Shown here: positions 1 through 8,771 of the stretch, one piece after another
How the letters are laid out: every line of letters starts with the position of its first letter
How positions within the stretch are numbered: position 1 is the stretch's first letter
Source: Thermodesulfobium acidiphilum
Lineage (GTDB): Bacteria; Thermodesulfobiota; Thermodesulfobiia; Thermodesulfobiales; Thermodesulfobiaceae
Direction of reading: 5' to 3'
NCBI RefSeq assembly: GCF_003057965.1
Contig: NZ_CP020921.1
Span: 1,662,916 to 1,726,915, forward strand
DNA: 64,000 nucleotides
Program-made: the position numbers and the translations under genes
Notes under the pieces: generated by a model
The model's input: the letters and a program-made list of their open reading frames with translations, nothing else
The model's database searches: none
Told to the model about the DNA's origin: nothing

Positions 1-117
1 GAATATACAAATTCAAGAACATTTAACATAGTAGCATGGCTCACAACTATTGTATTAATAGTCCTAACTTTACTCATGATAATCACCTCTATCTTTCCAG
101 GCTTACTACCATCATAA
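1..117 (+). CDS. 3' end of probable Nramp-family divalent metal transporter (partial)
   Basis: Frame 1 reads EYTNSRTFNIVAWLTTIVLIVLTLLMIITSIFPGLLPS*, resembling the last TM helix of Nramp/MntH-like proteins. Confidence 0.6.
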   Translation, partial: EYTNSRTFNIVAWLTTIVLIVLTLLMIITSIFPGLLPS

Positions 118-121
118 ATTT

Positions 122-157
122 ATTGCCCAGAGTACAAGTGAGAGTTCTCTGGGCAAT
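122..157. terminator. Inverted repeat / likely bidirectional terminator
   Basis: ATTGCCCAGAG...CTCTGGGCAAT stem between convergent genes. Confidence 0.7.
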
Positions 158-168
158 TTACACTTTTT

Positions 169-1113
169 TTAAATTTTAATTGGGTCTAAACTTCTTATTA
201 ACTCAAGATCCCTTTCTATATCCTCGCCTGGTCTGGTAAGATAACCACCTATCATTAAAGCATTAGCAGCTGAGTTTAGCGCTAATTTCTGATATTTTCC
301 AAGAACGCTCTCTCTACCTGCACATAGTCTAATAGTAGCGTAAGGGAGAATAATTCTAAATATTGCAAGAGTTTTTAAGACTTCTGATTTATCGAGAACT
401 CTAACATTTTCAAGGGGAGTCCCTTTTATAGGAATCAATATATTGAAGGGAACTGATCTTATCCCAAGATCTTTAAGGATAATGGCAAATTCTACTCTTT
501 GTTCAAAAGTCTCACCTAAGCCTACTATGCCTCCAACACAAGGAATCAAACCCACCCTCTTTACAGCTTCAATAGTCTCAATCCTTTCATCATAAGAGTG
601 AGTGCTGCAGATATTGCCAAAAAAACTCCTTGAACTCTCAAGGTTATGATGATATGTAGAAACTCCTACATCCTTCAATCTAATTAGATCTCTTTCTCTA
701 ATTATTCCTAAAGACGCACACAGTTCAATATCTACCTCTTTTTTAAGCCTTTCAAAGATAGACAACAACTCATCCATATCAGCTTTGGACGGGCCTCTAC
801 CACTTGAAACAAGAGAAAACCTCTTTGAACCATAATTTTTCATCAATTTTGCCTTGAAAATTACTTCCTCAACACTAACTTTTTTAAATTCTATACCTGT
901 ATTAAAATGAGAAGATTGAGCACAAAAGGAACAATTTTCAGTACATCTACCAGTTTTATAACTTATTATTGAACACAATTCAAAAGATGAAGAATATTTA
1001 TCCTTTATTCTTTTTGCAATCATGAGTAAACGATCTGTATCAAGATTTAAGAGACCATATACAGCAGATTCGTTTAATCTATTTTCTGGGTTAAAACTTT
1101 CTAAATCGATCAT
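169..1113 (-). CDS. bioB: Biotin synthase (radical SAM)
   Basis: CTENCSFCAQS motif, YHHNLES, IRLCAGRE, ANALMIGGYLT; GGAGG RBS precedes ATG at 1113. Confidence 0.95.
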   Translation of the reverse strand: MIDLESFNPENRLNESAVYGLLNLDTDRLLMIAKRIKDKYSSSFELCSIISYKTGRCTENCSFCAQSSHFNTGIEFKKVSVEEVIFKAKLMKNYGSKRFSLVSSGRGPSKADMDELLSIFERLKKEVDIELCASLGIIRERDLIRLKDVGVSTYHHNLESSRSFFGNICSTHSYDERIETIEAVKRVGLIPCVGGIVGLGETFEQRVEFAIILKDLGIRSVPFNILIPIKGTPLENVRVLDKSEVLKTLAIFRIILPYATIRLCAGRESVLGKYQKLALNSAANALMIGGYLTRPGEDIERDLELIRSLDPIKI

Positions 1114-1230
1114 CAAAAACCTCCAAAACATTCTTAAATAATCTCATAAATTTTATCAATAAATTTCAAGTAAGCAAAGTTTTTATGTTAGAATTAGATT
1201 AATTATTATTTAAAAAGGAGCAAAATAATT

Positions 1231-2121
1231 TTGGAAAGTTCTGAAAGCATAAAAAAAATTTACAATTTTAAAGAAACAGATAGAGATAATCTTAAGTCTC
1301 TATGTGCTGCAGCAAAGCAAAACGCTGATAATTTTATAGAGAACCTATATAACTTTCTTATTACTTTTCCAGATTATTATAAATTTTTGGGTAAGCTGGA
1401 AGTTAGAAAAAGACATGAAGAAAAGTTTAAAGTTTGGTTTACAGATCTATTCTGTGGGGAATATGACGAAAGCTACATTATAAGAATCCAAAAAATCGGA
1501 CAAGTTCACGCCGATATGGGGTTACCTACCCATTACGTCAGCGCTACAATAAGCTTTATAAGAAACTATATTCACAAAAGAATACTTCTCTCCTGTCCGA
1601 ACGAGGAAGAGAGGAGAAGTTGTAGAGAATCTGTTGACAAGATATTAGACATAAATCTTGATATCTTAACCAGTTCCTATGTAGACGAAAATAAGATTTA
1701 TATTGCTCAAACAAATATAGAAAGCAAGATAGTAAGAATAAGTTCAAAGATATCCTATTACTTTGACATTGCCCTTGTATTAGCTCTTGTATTTACAAGC
1801 TTTATGATATTTGTCTTGTTTTTATCAGATATTTATAACTTTTTAAGAAGCACTTCATCTTTTGAAAGCAGCGTAATAAACATACTTGGTGCTATGCTTA
1901 TAATCTGGACTATCAGAGAACTTTTAGAAGAAGAGTTAAAAAGATTAAAGGGCAAAAAGTTTGCACTAAACATATTTATAAGCCTTGCTATGGCAGCCAT
2001 GCTTAGGAAAATATTGATATTTTCACTTGAACCTCATAACTCTACAGAAGTAATAGTACTCGGATTTCTTGTATTGATACTTGGCATAGTATATTGGCTT
2101 ATGAATAAGAGCGCTATTTAG
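1231..2121 (+). CDS. Protoglobin/globin-sensor domain fused to PsiE-like 4-TM membrane domain
   Basis: N-half globin-like (WFTDLFCGEYD, KIGQVHADMGL with proximal His); C-half four hydrophobic helices with MLIIWTIRELL and AMLRKILI. Confidence 0.8.
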   Translation: MESSESIKKIYNFKETDRDNLKSLCAAAKQNADNFIENLYNFLITFPDYYKFLGKLEVRKRHEEKFKVWFTDLFCGEYDESYIIRIQKIGQVHADMGLPTHYVSATISFIRNYIHKRILLSCPNEEERRSCRESVDKILDINLDILTSSYVDENKIYIAQTNIESKIVRISSKISYYFDIALVLALVFTSFMIFVLFLSDIYNFLRSTSSFESSVINILGAMLIIWTIRELLEEELKRLKGKKFALNIFISLAMAAMLRKILIFSLEPHNSTEVIVLGFLVLILGIVYWLMNKSAI

Positions 2122-2305
2122 TTTTAGTTATTTCTGATTCACAAATCATTTTATCTATTTCGCATGCTTTCTGGAATTTTTTCAGATATTTACTTGCTGA
2201 ATAAAAATCTATAAAAATTAATGAAAACCAACATTTATTTAAAAAAATAACAATATTCACATATTGTGATAAAATAATATATAAACTAGTCAGGAGGCAA
2301 TTAAA

Positions 2306-3055
2306 TTGAAAGAGATTACGTATAAGATTCATCCAATAGTCTTGGGAAGCAAAAGCTTTGACAAGAGTATGATGACATATCAGTTTAACTATGGCAAACC
2401 ATTTGTAATACCTATTTATAGCTGGTATTTAGAAGGGAGTAACAAAAACATCCTTATTGATACTGGTGAATTTATGCCCTTAAAGTCAAAAGACAGAGTT
2501 GATGCCCTGGGAGCAAAAATATATTCTTTTGAAGAAGGGCTTTCGAAGTATAATCTTACTCCAGAAGACATAGACATAGTAATTCATACTCATCTACATA
2601 ACGACCACTGTGAAAACGATTCAAAGTGTAAAAACGCAATATTCTACGTACACGAAAATGAGCTAAAGCAGATTCACAATCCTCATCCTTTAGATTATAG
2701 ATATGTAGAAGACTTTATCTTAGATATAGAGGAAAATAAACAGATTGTTTCTCTGAAAGACGATACCGATATCATGCCTGGCATAAAAATGATCTACACC
2801 CCTGCACATTCACCCGGCGGCATGTCTGTATTAATAAATACCGAAAAGGGTAAAGCCCTAATAACAGGCTTTTGCGTAATAGACGAAAACTTTAATCCAC
2901 CACCACAAGTATTAGGAATGGGAATGGAAGTAATCCCACCAGGAACTTTGATTAATTCATATGAAGCATACGATATTTTATTAAAAGTTAAAGAGATGGC
3001 TGACATTATAATTCCACTGCATGAACCAAGATTTGCAAAAGTAGAAACCATTTAG
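2306..3055 (+). CDS. MBL-fold metallohydrolase, N-acyl homoserine lactonase family
   Basis: LIDTG, HTHLHNDH (HxHxDH), TPAHSPG, PLHEP; AGGAGG RBS before TTG. Confidence 0.85.
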   Translation: MKEITYKIHPIVLGSKSFDKSMMTYQFNYGKPFVIPIYSWYLEGSNKNILIDTGEFMPLKSKDRVDALGAKIYSFEEGLSKYNLTPEDIDIVIHTHLHNDHCENDSKCKNAIFYVHENELKQIHNPHPLDYRYVEDFILDIEENKQIVSLKDDTDIMPGIKMIYTPAHSPGGMSVLINTEKGKALITGFCVIDENFNPPPQVLGMGMEVIPPGTLINSYEAYDILLKVKEMADIIIPLHEPRFAKVETI

Positions 3056-3172
3056 ACATATCTATAAGAATATTTTTAAACAGGCAATTAATCTTCATAT
3101 TATACTTCTAATAAAATTTAAAATAACTTTTTCTTTCAACTTATCTCTGAGAGACGGTATTTTTTAACTTTC

Positions 3173-3847
3173 TTATATTAAGAGCATATAATTATATCTT
3201 TTGAGCCAGTTTTCATGCTTTTTATAATCTGGCATTAGCATCCTTACTTTTATCCAGAAATTCTTACCGTGATTTTTTTCTTTAAGGTGTGCAAGCTCAT
3301 GAACAACAACATAGTCTATCACAGAAATCGGAGCCATTATAAGTCTATATGAAAAGTTTAAGTTTCCATTTGAAGAACAAGAACCCCATCTTTTTTGCGC
3401 ATTTGTGATATTAATTTTACTATATTTTAAATTGCTTTTTTGCGCATACCATTTGACTCTTTCAGAAATTATATTAAATGCCTCTTTTTTATACCAATCA
3501 ATAAAAACTCCCCTTGCTTTATCTAAAAAACTCCTCGACAAATAAAAATTATCTTCAAGTTTAAGAGGAATATCTTGGTTATCCACTATATAAAGCTTAT
3601 AATACTTGCCAAGATATAGAAACCCTTCCCCATTAACAAATTCCTTTTTTAAAACTTTAAGATCCCTTGCCTCTATCTCCTTTTTTTTATTCTCAATCCA
3701 ATTTGAATGCTTCTGAATAACTTCCCAAATTCTCTTTTCGTCTATACCAAAAGGTGCTTTGACTATTAACGTAGCATTATCTGTAATCTGGAGTGCTATT
3801 GTCTTTCTTTTTGAACGAATTATCTTCTCAAGCTTTATGTCTTCCAT
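3173..3847 (-). CDS. YgjP/DUF45 family (M48/SprT-like) zinc metallopeptidase-like protein
   Basis: RSKRKTI, RWGSCS, DYVVVHELAH (HExxH), NHGKNFW; likely start MEDIKLE. Confidence 0.9.
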   Translation of the reverse strand: MEDIKLEKIIRSKRKTIALQITDNATLIVKAPFGIDEKRIWEVIQKHSNWIENKKKEIEARDLKVLKKEFVNGEGFLYLGKYYKLYIVDNQDIPLKLEDNFYLSRSFLDKARGVFIDWYKKEAFNIISERVKWYAQKSNLKYSKINITNAQKRWGSCSSNGNLNFSYRLIMAPISVIDYVVVHELAHLKEKNHGKNFWIKVRMLMPDYKKHENWLKRYNYMLLI

Positions 3848-3895
3848 AATATCACTTCCTATAATTATGATAAGCAAATTCTGATAATATTTGTG

Positions 3896-4015
3896 CTATT
3901 TCGTTTCTTTTGTTATATATAACTTGCCAAACATTTTCACGATAGTAAGGAATTCTATAAAGTATGGGATCAAAACCAAAGATAACATAACTTCTATATA
4001 CGTCGACAAACTCAT
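3896..4015 (-). CDS. Putative 39-aa hydrophobic small protein (not in ORF track)
   Basis: AGGGG RBS then MSLSTYIEVMLSLVLIPYFIEFLTIVKMFGKLYITKETK*. Confidence 0.3.
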   Translation of the reverse strand: MSLSTYIEVMLSLVLIPYFIEFLTIVKMFGKLYITKETK

Positions 4016-4097
4016 CTTATCAGCCCCTAATATTTTTATATATTCTACTATTAAATTGAACACCAATTAAATTTTACTAAGAATTCTAAACTTAGAT

Positions 4098-4307
4098 TAA
4101 TCCCTCAGCTTATTAATAGAATGCACTTATCCTTCTGTCAAAATTTAGTATTTTATATTAAATTTCTTATTAAATATTTGGGATTAAATAACCCTTTATA
4201 TCTTTAAAGTCTTCCCTGTAGGCATCTTTAGAAATTTTCTTAATCAGTTCAGATTCAATTAAAAATTTCTTAGCAAACTTTTCATTAAAATCTTGATCCA
4301 CAGGCAT
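4098..4307 (-). pseudogene. Degenerate gene remnant, possibly N-terminus of type I restriction subunit HsdR
   Basis: GAGAGG RBS, MPVDQDFNEKFAKKFLIE...REDFKDIKGYLIPNI* (stop at 4170), then stops/frameshift and LTEG*VHSINKLRD; lies upstream of a YgjP gene. Confidence 0.35.
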
Positions 4308-4419
4308 TTTATAATTTACCTCTCAAGACAAAAAATAATAAATGACAATGCATTATATACGAAGTACAGCACAAAACTTAATTTCTATAATATTAAACAT
4401 ATACATGCTATTCGCAACG

Positions 4420-5514
4420 TTAAAATGCACTACCAAATTTCTTTTTAGCAATAATAATTTTTGAACCTAGTGTATCTCCAAATTTAGAAAGATATGAATA
4501 AAATCCAAATTCATCTTCTTCTACAATTCTTTCAATCGAAAAATATTTCTCAAGCAAATCCAGATAGTCTTCGTAGCTAAAATCTTCAGCAAAACTATAA
4601 ATCTTACTACCTTTTTGTACTCCTTCAAAAGCTGAAAGATTCCACTCTACATCCAGAAGATAATCCCTCGAACCTTCTCCTCTATGATAAAAAGCATGTT
4701 TTGTAATAAAAAGCCCCCCTTCTTTCAAACTTGAATTTATCTTCGGAACAAGATTTGGATTTTTTCCGCCTGGATTATAAGAAAAAAATACAATATCATA
4801 GCCATTACCAATATCATCTTTAAAAAGATTACCTGAAATAACATTTATCCTCTTTGCCTTAAACTTTTTAATATAATCCTCTGTATCCTTGATAACATCA
4901 GGAAAATCAAAGATATATGCTTCCAAATCTTTATTCAATCTTGTAAAAGCAATAGAACAAAGCCCGTGCCCTCCTCCCAGATCAAGAAGTTTTTTTGCTT
5001 TTCTGAATTCAGGAAATTTTTCAATGATTCTAACTGTTTTTTGAAGCTCCCCGCATAAAATCTCTGACGCAAGCGAATGTATAAGGTTGTCTTGAAAACA
5101 ATTTTCCTCAAGTATCTTTATAGGACCATTTTCCAAAACATTGGTCAGTCTCCTCCATAACTCAAAACCATTTTTTATGTTTTTTAATACTTCTTTTTGA
5201 TAGAAAAAAGAGTTGCTTTTTAGATAATAGCTGCTTAATTGAGTATTTTTAAAGGATTCATCTTCTTTTTTTATAAAACCGAGATTAGCCAGAATTTCAC
5301 ACATATTTTTCAAAATCACATAATTTATTCCTATCTCACTTGATAGTTCATCAGCACTTTTTAGACTATCTAAATGATCAAATAAACTTATTTCAAGAGC
5401 TGCATCAAGAATACAAAGTTCCTTAAATTTCCTTGAGCAATCACTCAAAAAGTTACGTAACGCTTCAGCACTTATTGAGGGTTCATTAAAAAAAATACCA
5501 TTATCTTTTAACAT
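4420..5514 (-). CDS. SAM-dependent O-methyltransferase family protein with N-terminal dimerisation/wHTH domain
   Basis: LDAALEISLFDHL, LLDLGGGHG motif I, IFDFP, GNLFKDDIGNGYDIV; AGGAGG RBS. Confidence 0.85.
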   Translation of the reverse strand: MLKDNGIFFNEPSISAEALRNFLSDCSRKFKELCILDAALEISLFDHLDSLKSADELSSEIGINYVILKNMCEILANLGFIKKEDESFKNTQLSSYYLKSNSFFYQKEVLKNIKNGFELWRRLTNVLENGPIKILEENCFQDNLIHSLASEILCGELQKTVRIIEKFPEFRKAKKLLDLGGGHGLCSIAFTRLNKDLEAYIFDFPDVIKDTEDYIKKFKAKRINVISGNLFKDDIGNGYDIVFFSYNPGGKNPNLVPKINSSLKEGGLFITKHAFYHRGEGSRDYLLDVEWNLSAFEGVQKGSKIYSFAEDFSYEDYLDLLEKYFSIERIVEEDEFGFYSYLSKFGDTLGSKIIIAKKKFGSAF

Positions 5515-5562
5515 TTAAACCTCCTATTAATTTTAATTGTCGGATGTTATTTATTTAAAGGA

Positions 5563-5598
5563 GTCGCAATCCCTTATTCTTCAGGGAATTCTTCTAAC
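5563..5598 (-). CRISPR. Solitary 36-nt CRISPR repeat (type III-like); no array
   Basis: Minus strand GTTAGAAGAATTCCCTGAAGAATAAGGGATTGCGAC: GTT start, TCCCT/AGGGA stem, 8-nt 3' handle-like ATTGCGAC; adjacent to cas6 and a CARF gene. Confidence 0.85.
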
Positions 5599-6379
5599 TT
5601 TTAAAAATCTTCTCAAACGGTTTTGCGAGATAATTTGCCTCTTTTATTAGATCATCCTCTTTTTCTAAATTTTTTAGCAAGTCATCCGTATACTTATTAA
5701 TATTTATATCCTGAGCCAGGTTTAAAGAAGACGAAATAGACTCAAAATTGCCCGCTATTGTTTGCAAAATTTTTGGCTTTATAGAACTATTGTTTCTATA
5801 TGCCCCTGCGTGAATTTTTCTTACAAAATCTCTTGCATCCTTTGAAAATATTCCAGTTTTAACAAAAAATCCTGAAAAGTTTATCCAGCTTAAGATATCC
5901 AGAACTTCTCCAAGGTTAATTATGGGACTTTTTTCTTTGTCTTTGTCATATAAGCCATAATACAGACCACCCAGGTCGATGCCCCTTATATTTCTCAAAA
6001 ACTCAATTGTCAAAAAAACATAAAATGGTATAAGTCTGTAAGAGTGTGTGATGTCAAAAGAAATTTGATTCATAGATTCTGTACAATCGATAACCTTGTC
6101 CCAGATTTCCCACCTTTCATTTTCTGTAAGCCCTTCTGGAATATCTCTATCCTCTACCTTCACGCATAAATCGTTTGCTTCTTTTTTAAACTGTTCAAAA
6201 TGTTTATTTCTTGACTCTTTTGTAACAAGCAATATAATTTTCTCTATATTAGCAAGATTAGCTATAGCTATAGGGGCATACTTTGTAGAAAATACCTTTT
6301 CATCATCGCCATTCATAAAATACTTTGTAACCTTATAGTCCCCTACACCCAAAAAACTTATTAAAACGTTCCCCACCAT
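5594..6379 (-). pseudogene. CRISPR-associated CARF protein Csx1/Csm6-like (TM1812/TIGR02221 type), 3'-truncated
   Basis: LISFLGVGDY, IPEG, FDITHSYRLIP (DxTHG-like), LYYG; only 261 aa, no RxxxxH HEPN motif; stop codon lies within the CRISPR repeat. Confidence 0.8.
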
Positions 6380-6414
6380 TTATGCACTCCTTAAAAATAG
6401 TATTAAATTAAAAT

Positions 6415-7350
6415 TTACAAAATAGTTAAAAGGTATCTCCCAAATCCAAAACTTGTGTTTCTTCCTATAGAAATCTCTTTTGCGCTGTCAATTAGAGAAA
6501 TCAAACTGTTAGGCACATTAGAAAAAGTTATATCACCAACCAATCCCATATGGTTAATTAGTCTCTGTTGCCTACCAGAAAATCTTTTCAAATTTTCTAA
6601 ATATGTATTATTTTCTAAAATTTTTACCTCAAGTGATTCGTTTATGCATTTCTTTATAAAACTTGATTCAAAAGATGGATATCCATAGAAGAACTCAAGC
6701 AATGAAACTCTTCTCAACAAATTTCTTATCAATATATGAAATTGAAGAAGAGAAACTGTTTTTCCTTCAAATCTAAGAGACAAAGGAGACAAGAAATCAA
6801 TTTTTAAATTTTTAAAACCATTGTTTTCTGACGAATATATCCTATCAAGGCTTAACAATGATGGGTTTTTAGCAAATGAATTAATTGTTTTATGTTCCTG
6901 GTCGAATAACTCACCATTTACATCCCTTACACTAACCACTTCGAATCTTGCCCTATCTTTACCAAGGCCAATTTCTCCTAACTTGATAAACGTATAAACA
7001 AAAAATGGTAAATTTTCAATACTGTCACCCATCAAAACTAACTCAAAATCAAAAAGATCCTCTTTATCAAAAGATGTTTCATAATTTTGAGAAAATATAA
7101 TAAAGGGATGGGGGATATATGGATATTTAGTCATTTTCATTGCGCCCTGAGGCCTTGGGCTATCAAATATTTTTCTATAAATACAACTCTCATTTAATAT
7201 GCATTCGCTACAATCCAACGCCTTTTGAACGCAGGCAATACTTTTGAAAATACTCCCAAATCCCCCTCTTAGCGTTATGCTTTTGTATTTCGGCAGTGAT
7301 GTAAAATCACGAAGCTTAAGCGTTATTTTAAATTTTTTAAATTTTAACAT
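6415..7350 (-). CDS. cas6: CRISPR pre-crRNA processing endoribonuclease Cas6 (RAMP)
   Basis: TLRGGFG, Cys cluster CxxxxxxCxxCxxxxxC, PHPF, GLGKDR, C-terminal G-rich loop IGRNTSFGFGRY. Confidence 0.92.
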   Translation of the reverse strand: MLKFKKFKITLKLRDFTSLPKYKSITLRGGFGSIFKSIACVQKALDCSECILNESCIYRKIFDSPRPQGAMKMTKYPYIPHPFIIFSQNYETSFDKEDLFDFELVLMGDSIENLPFFVYTFIKLGEIGLGKDRARFEVVSVRDVNGELFDQEHKTINSFAKNPSLLSLDRIYSSENNGFKNLKIDFLSPLSLRFEGKTVSLLQFHILIRNLLRRVSLLEFFYGYPSFESSFIKKCINESLEVKILENNTYLENLKRFSGRQQRLINHMGLVGDITFSNVPNSLISLIDSAKEISIGRNTSFGFGRYLLTIL

Positions 7351-7397
7351 ATGACATAGCTACCCCCTCATTAAGAAAAAAAATCTTAAATAAGTTA

Positions 7398-7425
7398 ATT
7401 TTATCAGTCTATATTCAATTGTCAA
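7398..7425 (-). promoter_or_regulatory. Sigma70-type promoter for cas6 operon
   Basis: TTGACA-N16-TAAAAT with TG extended -10 on minus strand. Confidence 0.65.
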
Positions 7426-7502
7426 GGTTCACTTTATATGCTAATTTAATATTAGATTGTATTAAAAAATTTAAAAGGAAAGATGTTGTATGAGATAAAA
7501 TT

Positions 7503-8771
7503 ATGCCCAAAGAAGATAAACAAAAATTGTTGAAGTTCTTAAAATTGATAAGTTTAGAAATGGGTATTAATTCGAAAGATAACCTTATAAGGGTTTTTGG
7601 CTCATTAGGAAGCCTTGAAAGCACGCTTAGAAAAATCAGAAAAATCAGATTAGAATCGGCAATGTCTCCTTTGATTAGCTTAAAGTCAAAAAAATATCTA
7701 TATGATTCAGATTCAGTCCTTGATGAATATTTAGTAATTATACTGTCAGGCCAGATAAAAGGAACAGAGGCAATAAGGTATGCAAAGATAATAGAATTAT
7801 TAAAAAGAGACAAACTATCCATTGGTGAGATAACCGATAAGTTAAACGATTCCTTGTGTCAAGGCAAAAGCTCTCTTTTAGAGTTAAGAACAATAAGAAA
7901 TTATCTTAAGATTTTAGTCAGCGATGGATTTGTCGAAAAAGTAAAAGACAAAAAATATATAAAATATAAACTAAAAAAGGGCTTGGAACTATTGCCAGAA
8001 CACTTATTGGTAAAACTTTATCTTTTTACTGATTTTTTTTCTAATACAGGGCTTTTGGTAACCAGAAGCTTGATATTAAAATATTTTTTAGAGAAGAGAC
8101 TTGGAACAAATAAGCTAAAAAGAATTAAAAATGTTATTTGCTACAAGCATTCAAAGCCGCTAAGGGTGTTCGACGATTTAAATGTTCTGTATATCTTAAA
8201 TTTATTAGAATGCAAAAAAGCCTGTTCGCTTGAATTAAGTTTATTGCCAAAATCCAAAAATAAGCCTTTAGAGAAGATAACAGTTATACCTCAATTTTTA
8301 CTATTTGATTATCAACTTGCAAGATGGTATTTGATTACTGATGGCGATACTAAAAGAGTATTGATTGACAGAATTTATGAGTTCAGAAAAGTTATAAGGG
8401 GATCGGATATTTTAGATAGCCATCTTGAAAAGAGATTAGATAATCTCAAGAAATCTTGGTTAGTTGAAGAAGATGCGAAAGAAAAAGAGATAATAATAAA
8501 ATTCTATTTCGACAGCAGCAAAAGTTCAAAAAATTTTATACTAAACAGAGTCAAAAAAGAAGCAATGGATGGTCAAATAGAGATTATCGATAAAAATAGT
8601 TTTATTCTTAAGATATTGACAAGAGAATTAAACGAGATAAAACCATGGATAAGGAGTTTTGGCTCAAGCGCTCAGGTATTAGAACCACGTTCTCTAAGAA
8701 ACAGTTTAATTGAGGAGTTCATTAGCCTAAAGTCTACTTACGAGTCAGTTATAAGTGAAGGCTCACTATGA
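7503..8771 (+). CDS. WYL-domain protein (wHTH-WYL-WCX)
   Basis: wHTH-like LRTIRNYLKILVSDG, WYL core ARWYLI/IDRI, WCX-like EIKPWIRSFGSSAQVLEP. Confidence 0.9.
   Translation: MPKEDKQKLLKFLKLISLEMGINSKDNLIRVFGSLGSLESTLRKIRKIRLESAMSPLISLKSKKYLYDSDSVLDEYLVIILSGQIKGTEAIRYAKIIELLKRDKLSIGEITDKLNDSLCQGKSSLLELRTIRNYLKILVSDGFVEKVKDKKYIKYKLKKGLELLPEHLLVKLYLFTDFFSNTGLLVTRSLILKYFLEKRLGTNKLKRIKNVICYKHSKPLRVFDDLNVLYILNLLECKKACSLELSLLPKSKNKPLEKITVIPQFLLFDYQLARWYLITDGDTKRVLIDRIYEFRKVIRGSDILDSHLEKRLDNLKKSWLVEEDAKEKEIIIKFYFDSSKSSKNFILNRVKKEAMDGQIEIIDKNSFILKILTRELNEIKPWIRSFGSSAQVLEPRSLRNSLIEEFISLKSTYESVISEGSL

Noticed and set aside
5400-5800. A full CRISPR array around the repeat
   Set aside because: No second full or degenerate copy at spacer distance on either side; both flanks are coding DNA or RBS (visual scan only)
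7475-7533. Out-of-frame AAGGA-ATG/TTG upstream of the first WYL gene, suggesting a frameshift
   Set aside because: Weak RBS, and the 422-aa ORF from 7503 looks complete; no independent evidence
7415-7822. 135-aa antisense ORF and the many other 60-190 aa ORFs lying within larger genes in the track (e.g. 36166-36552, 45691-46011, 61607-62173)
   Set aside because: Shadow or alternate-frame ORFs inside well-supported genes, with no RBS or recognisable motifs
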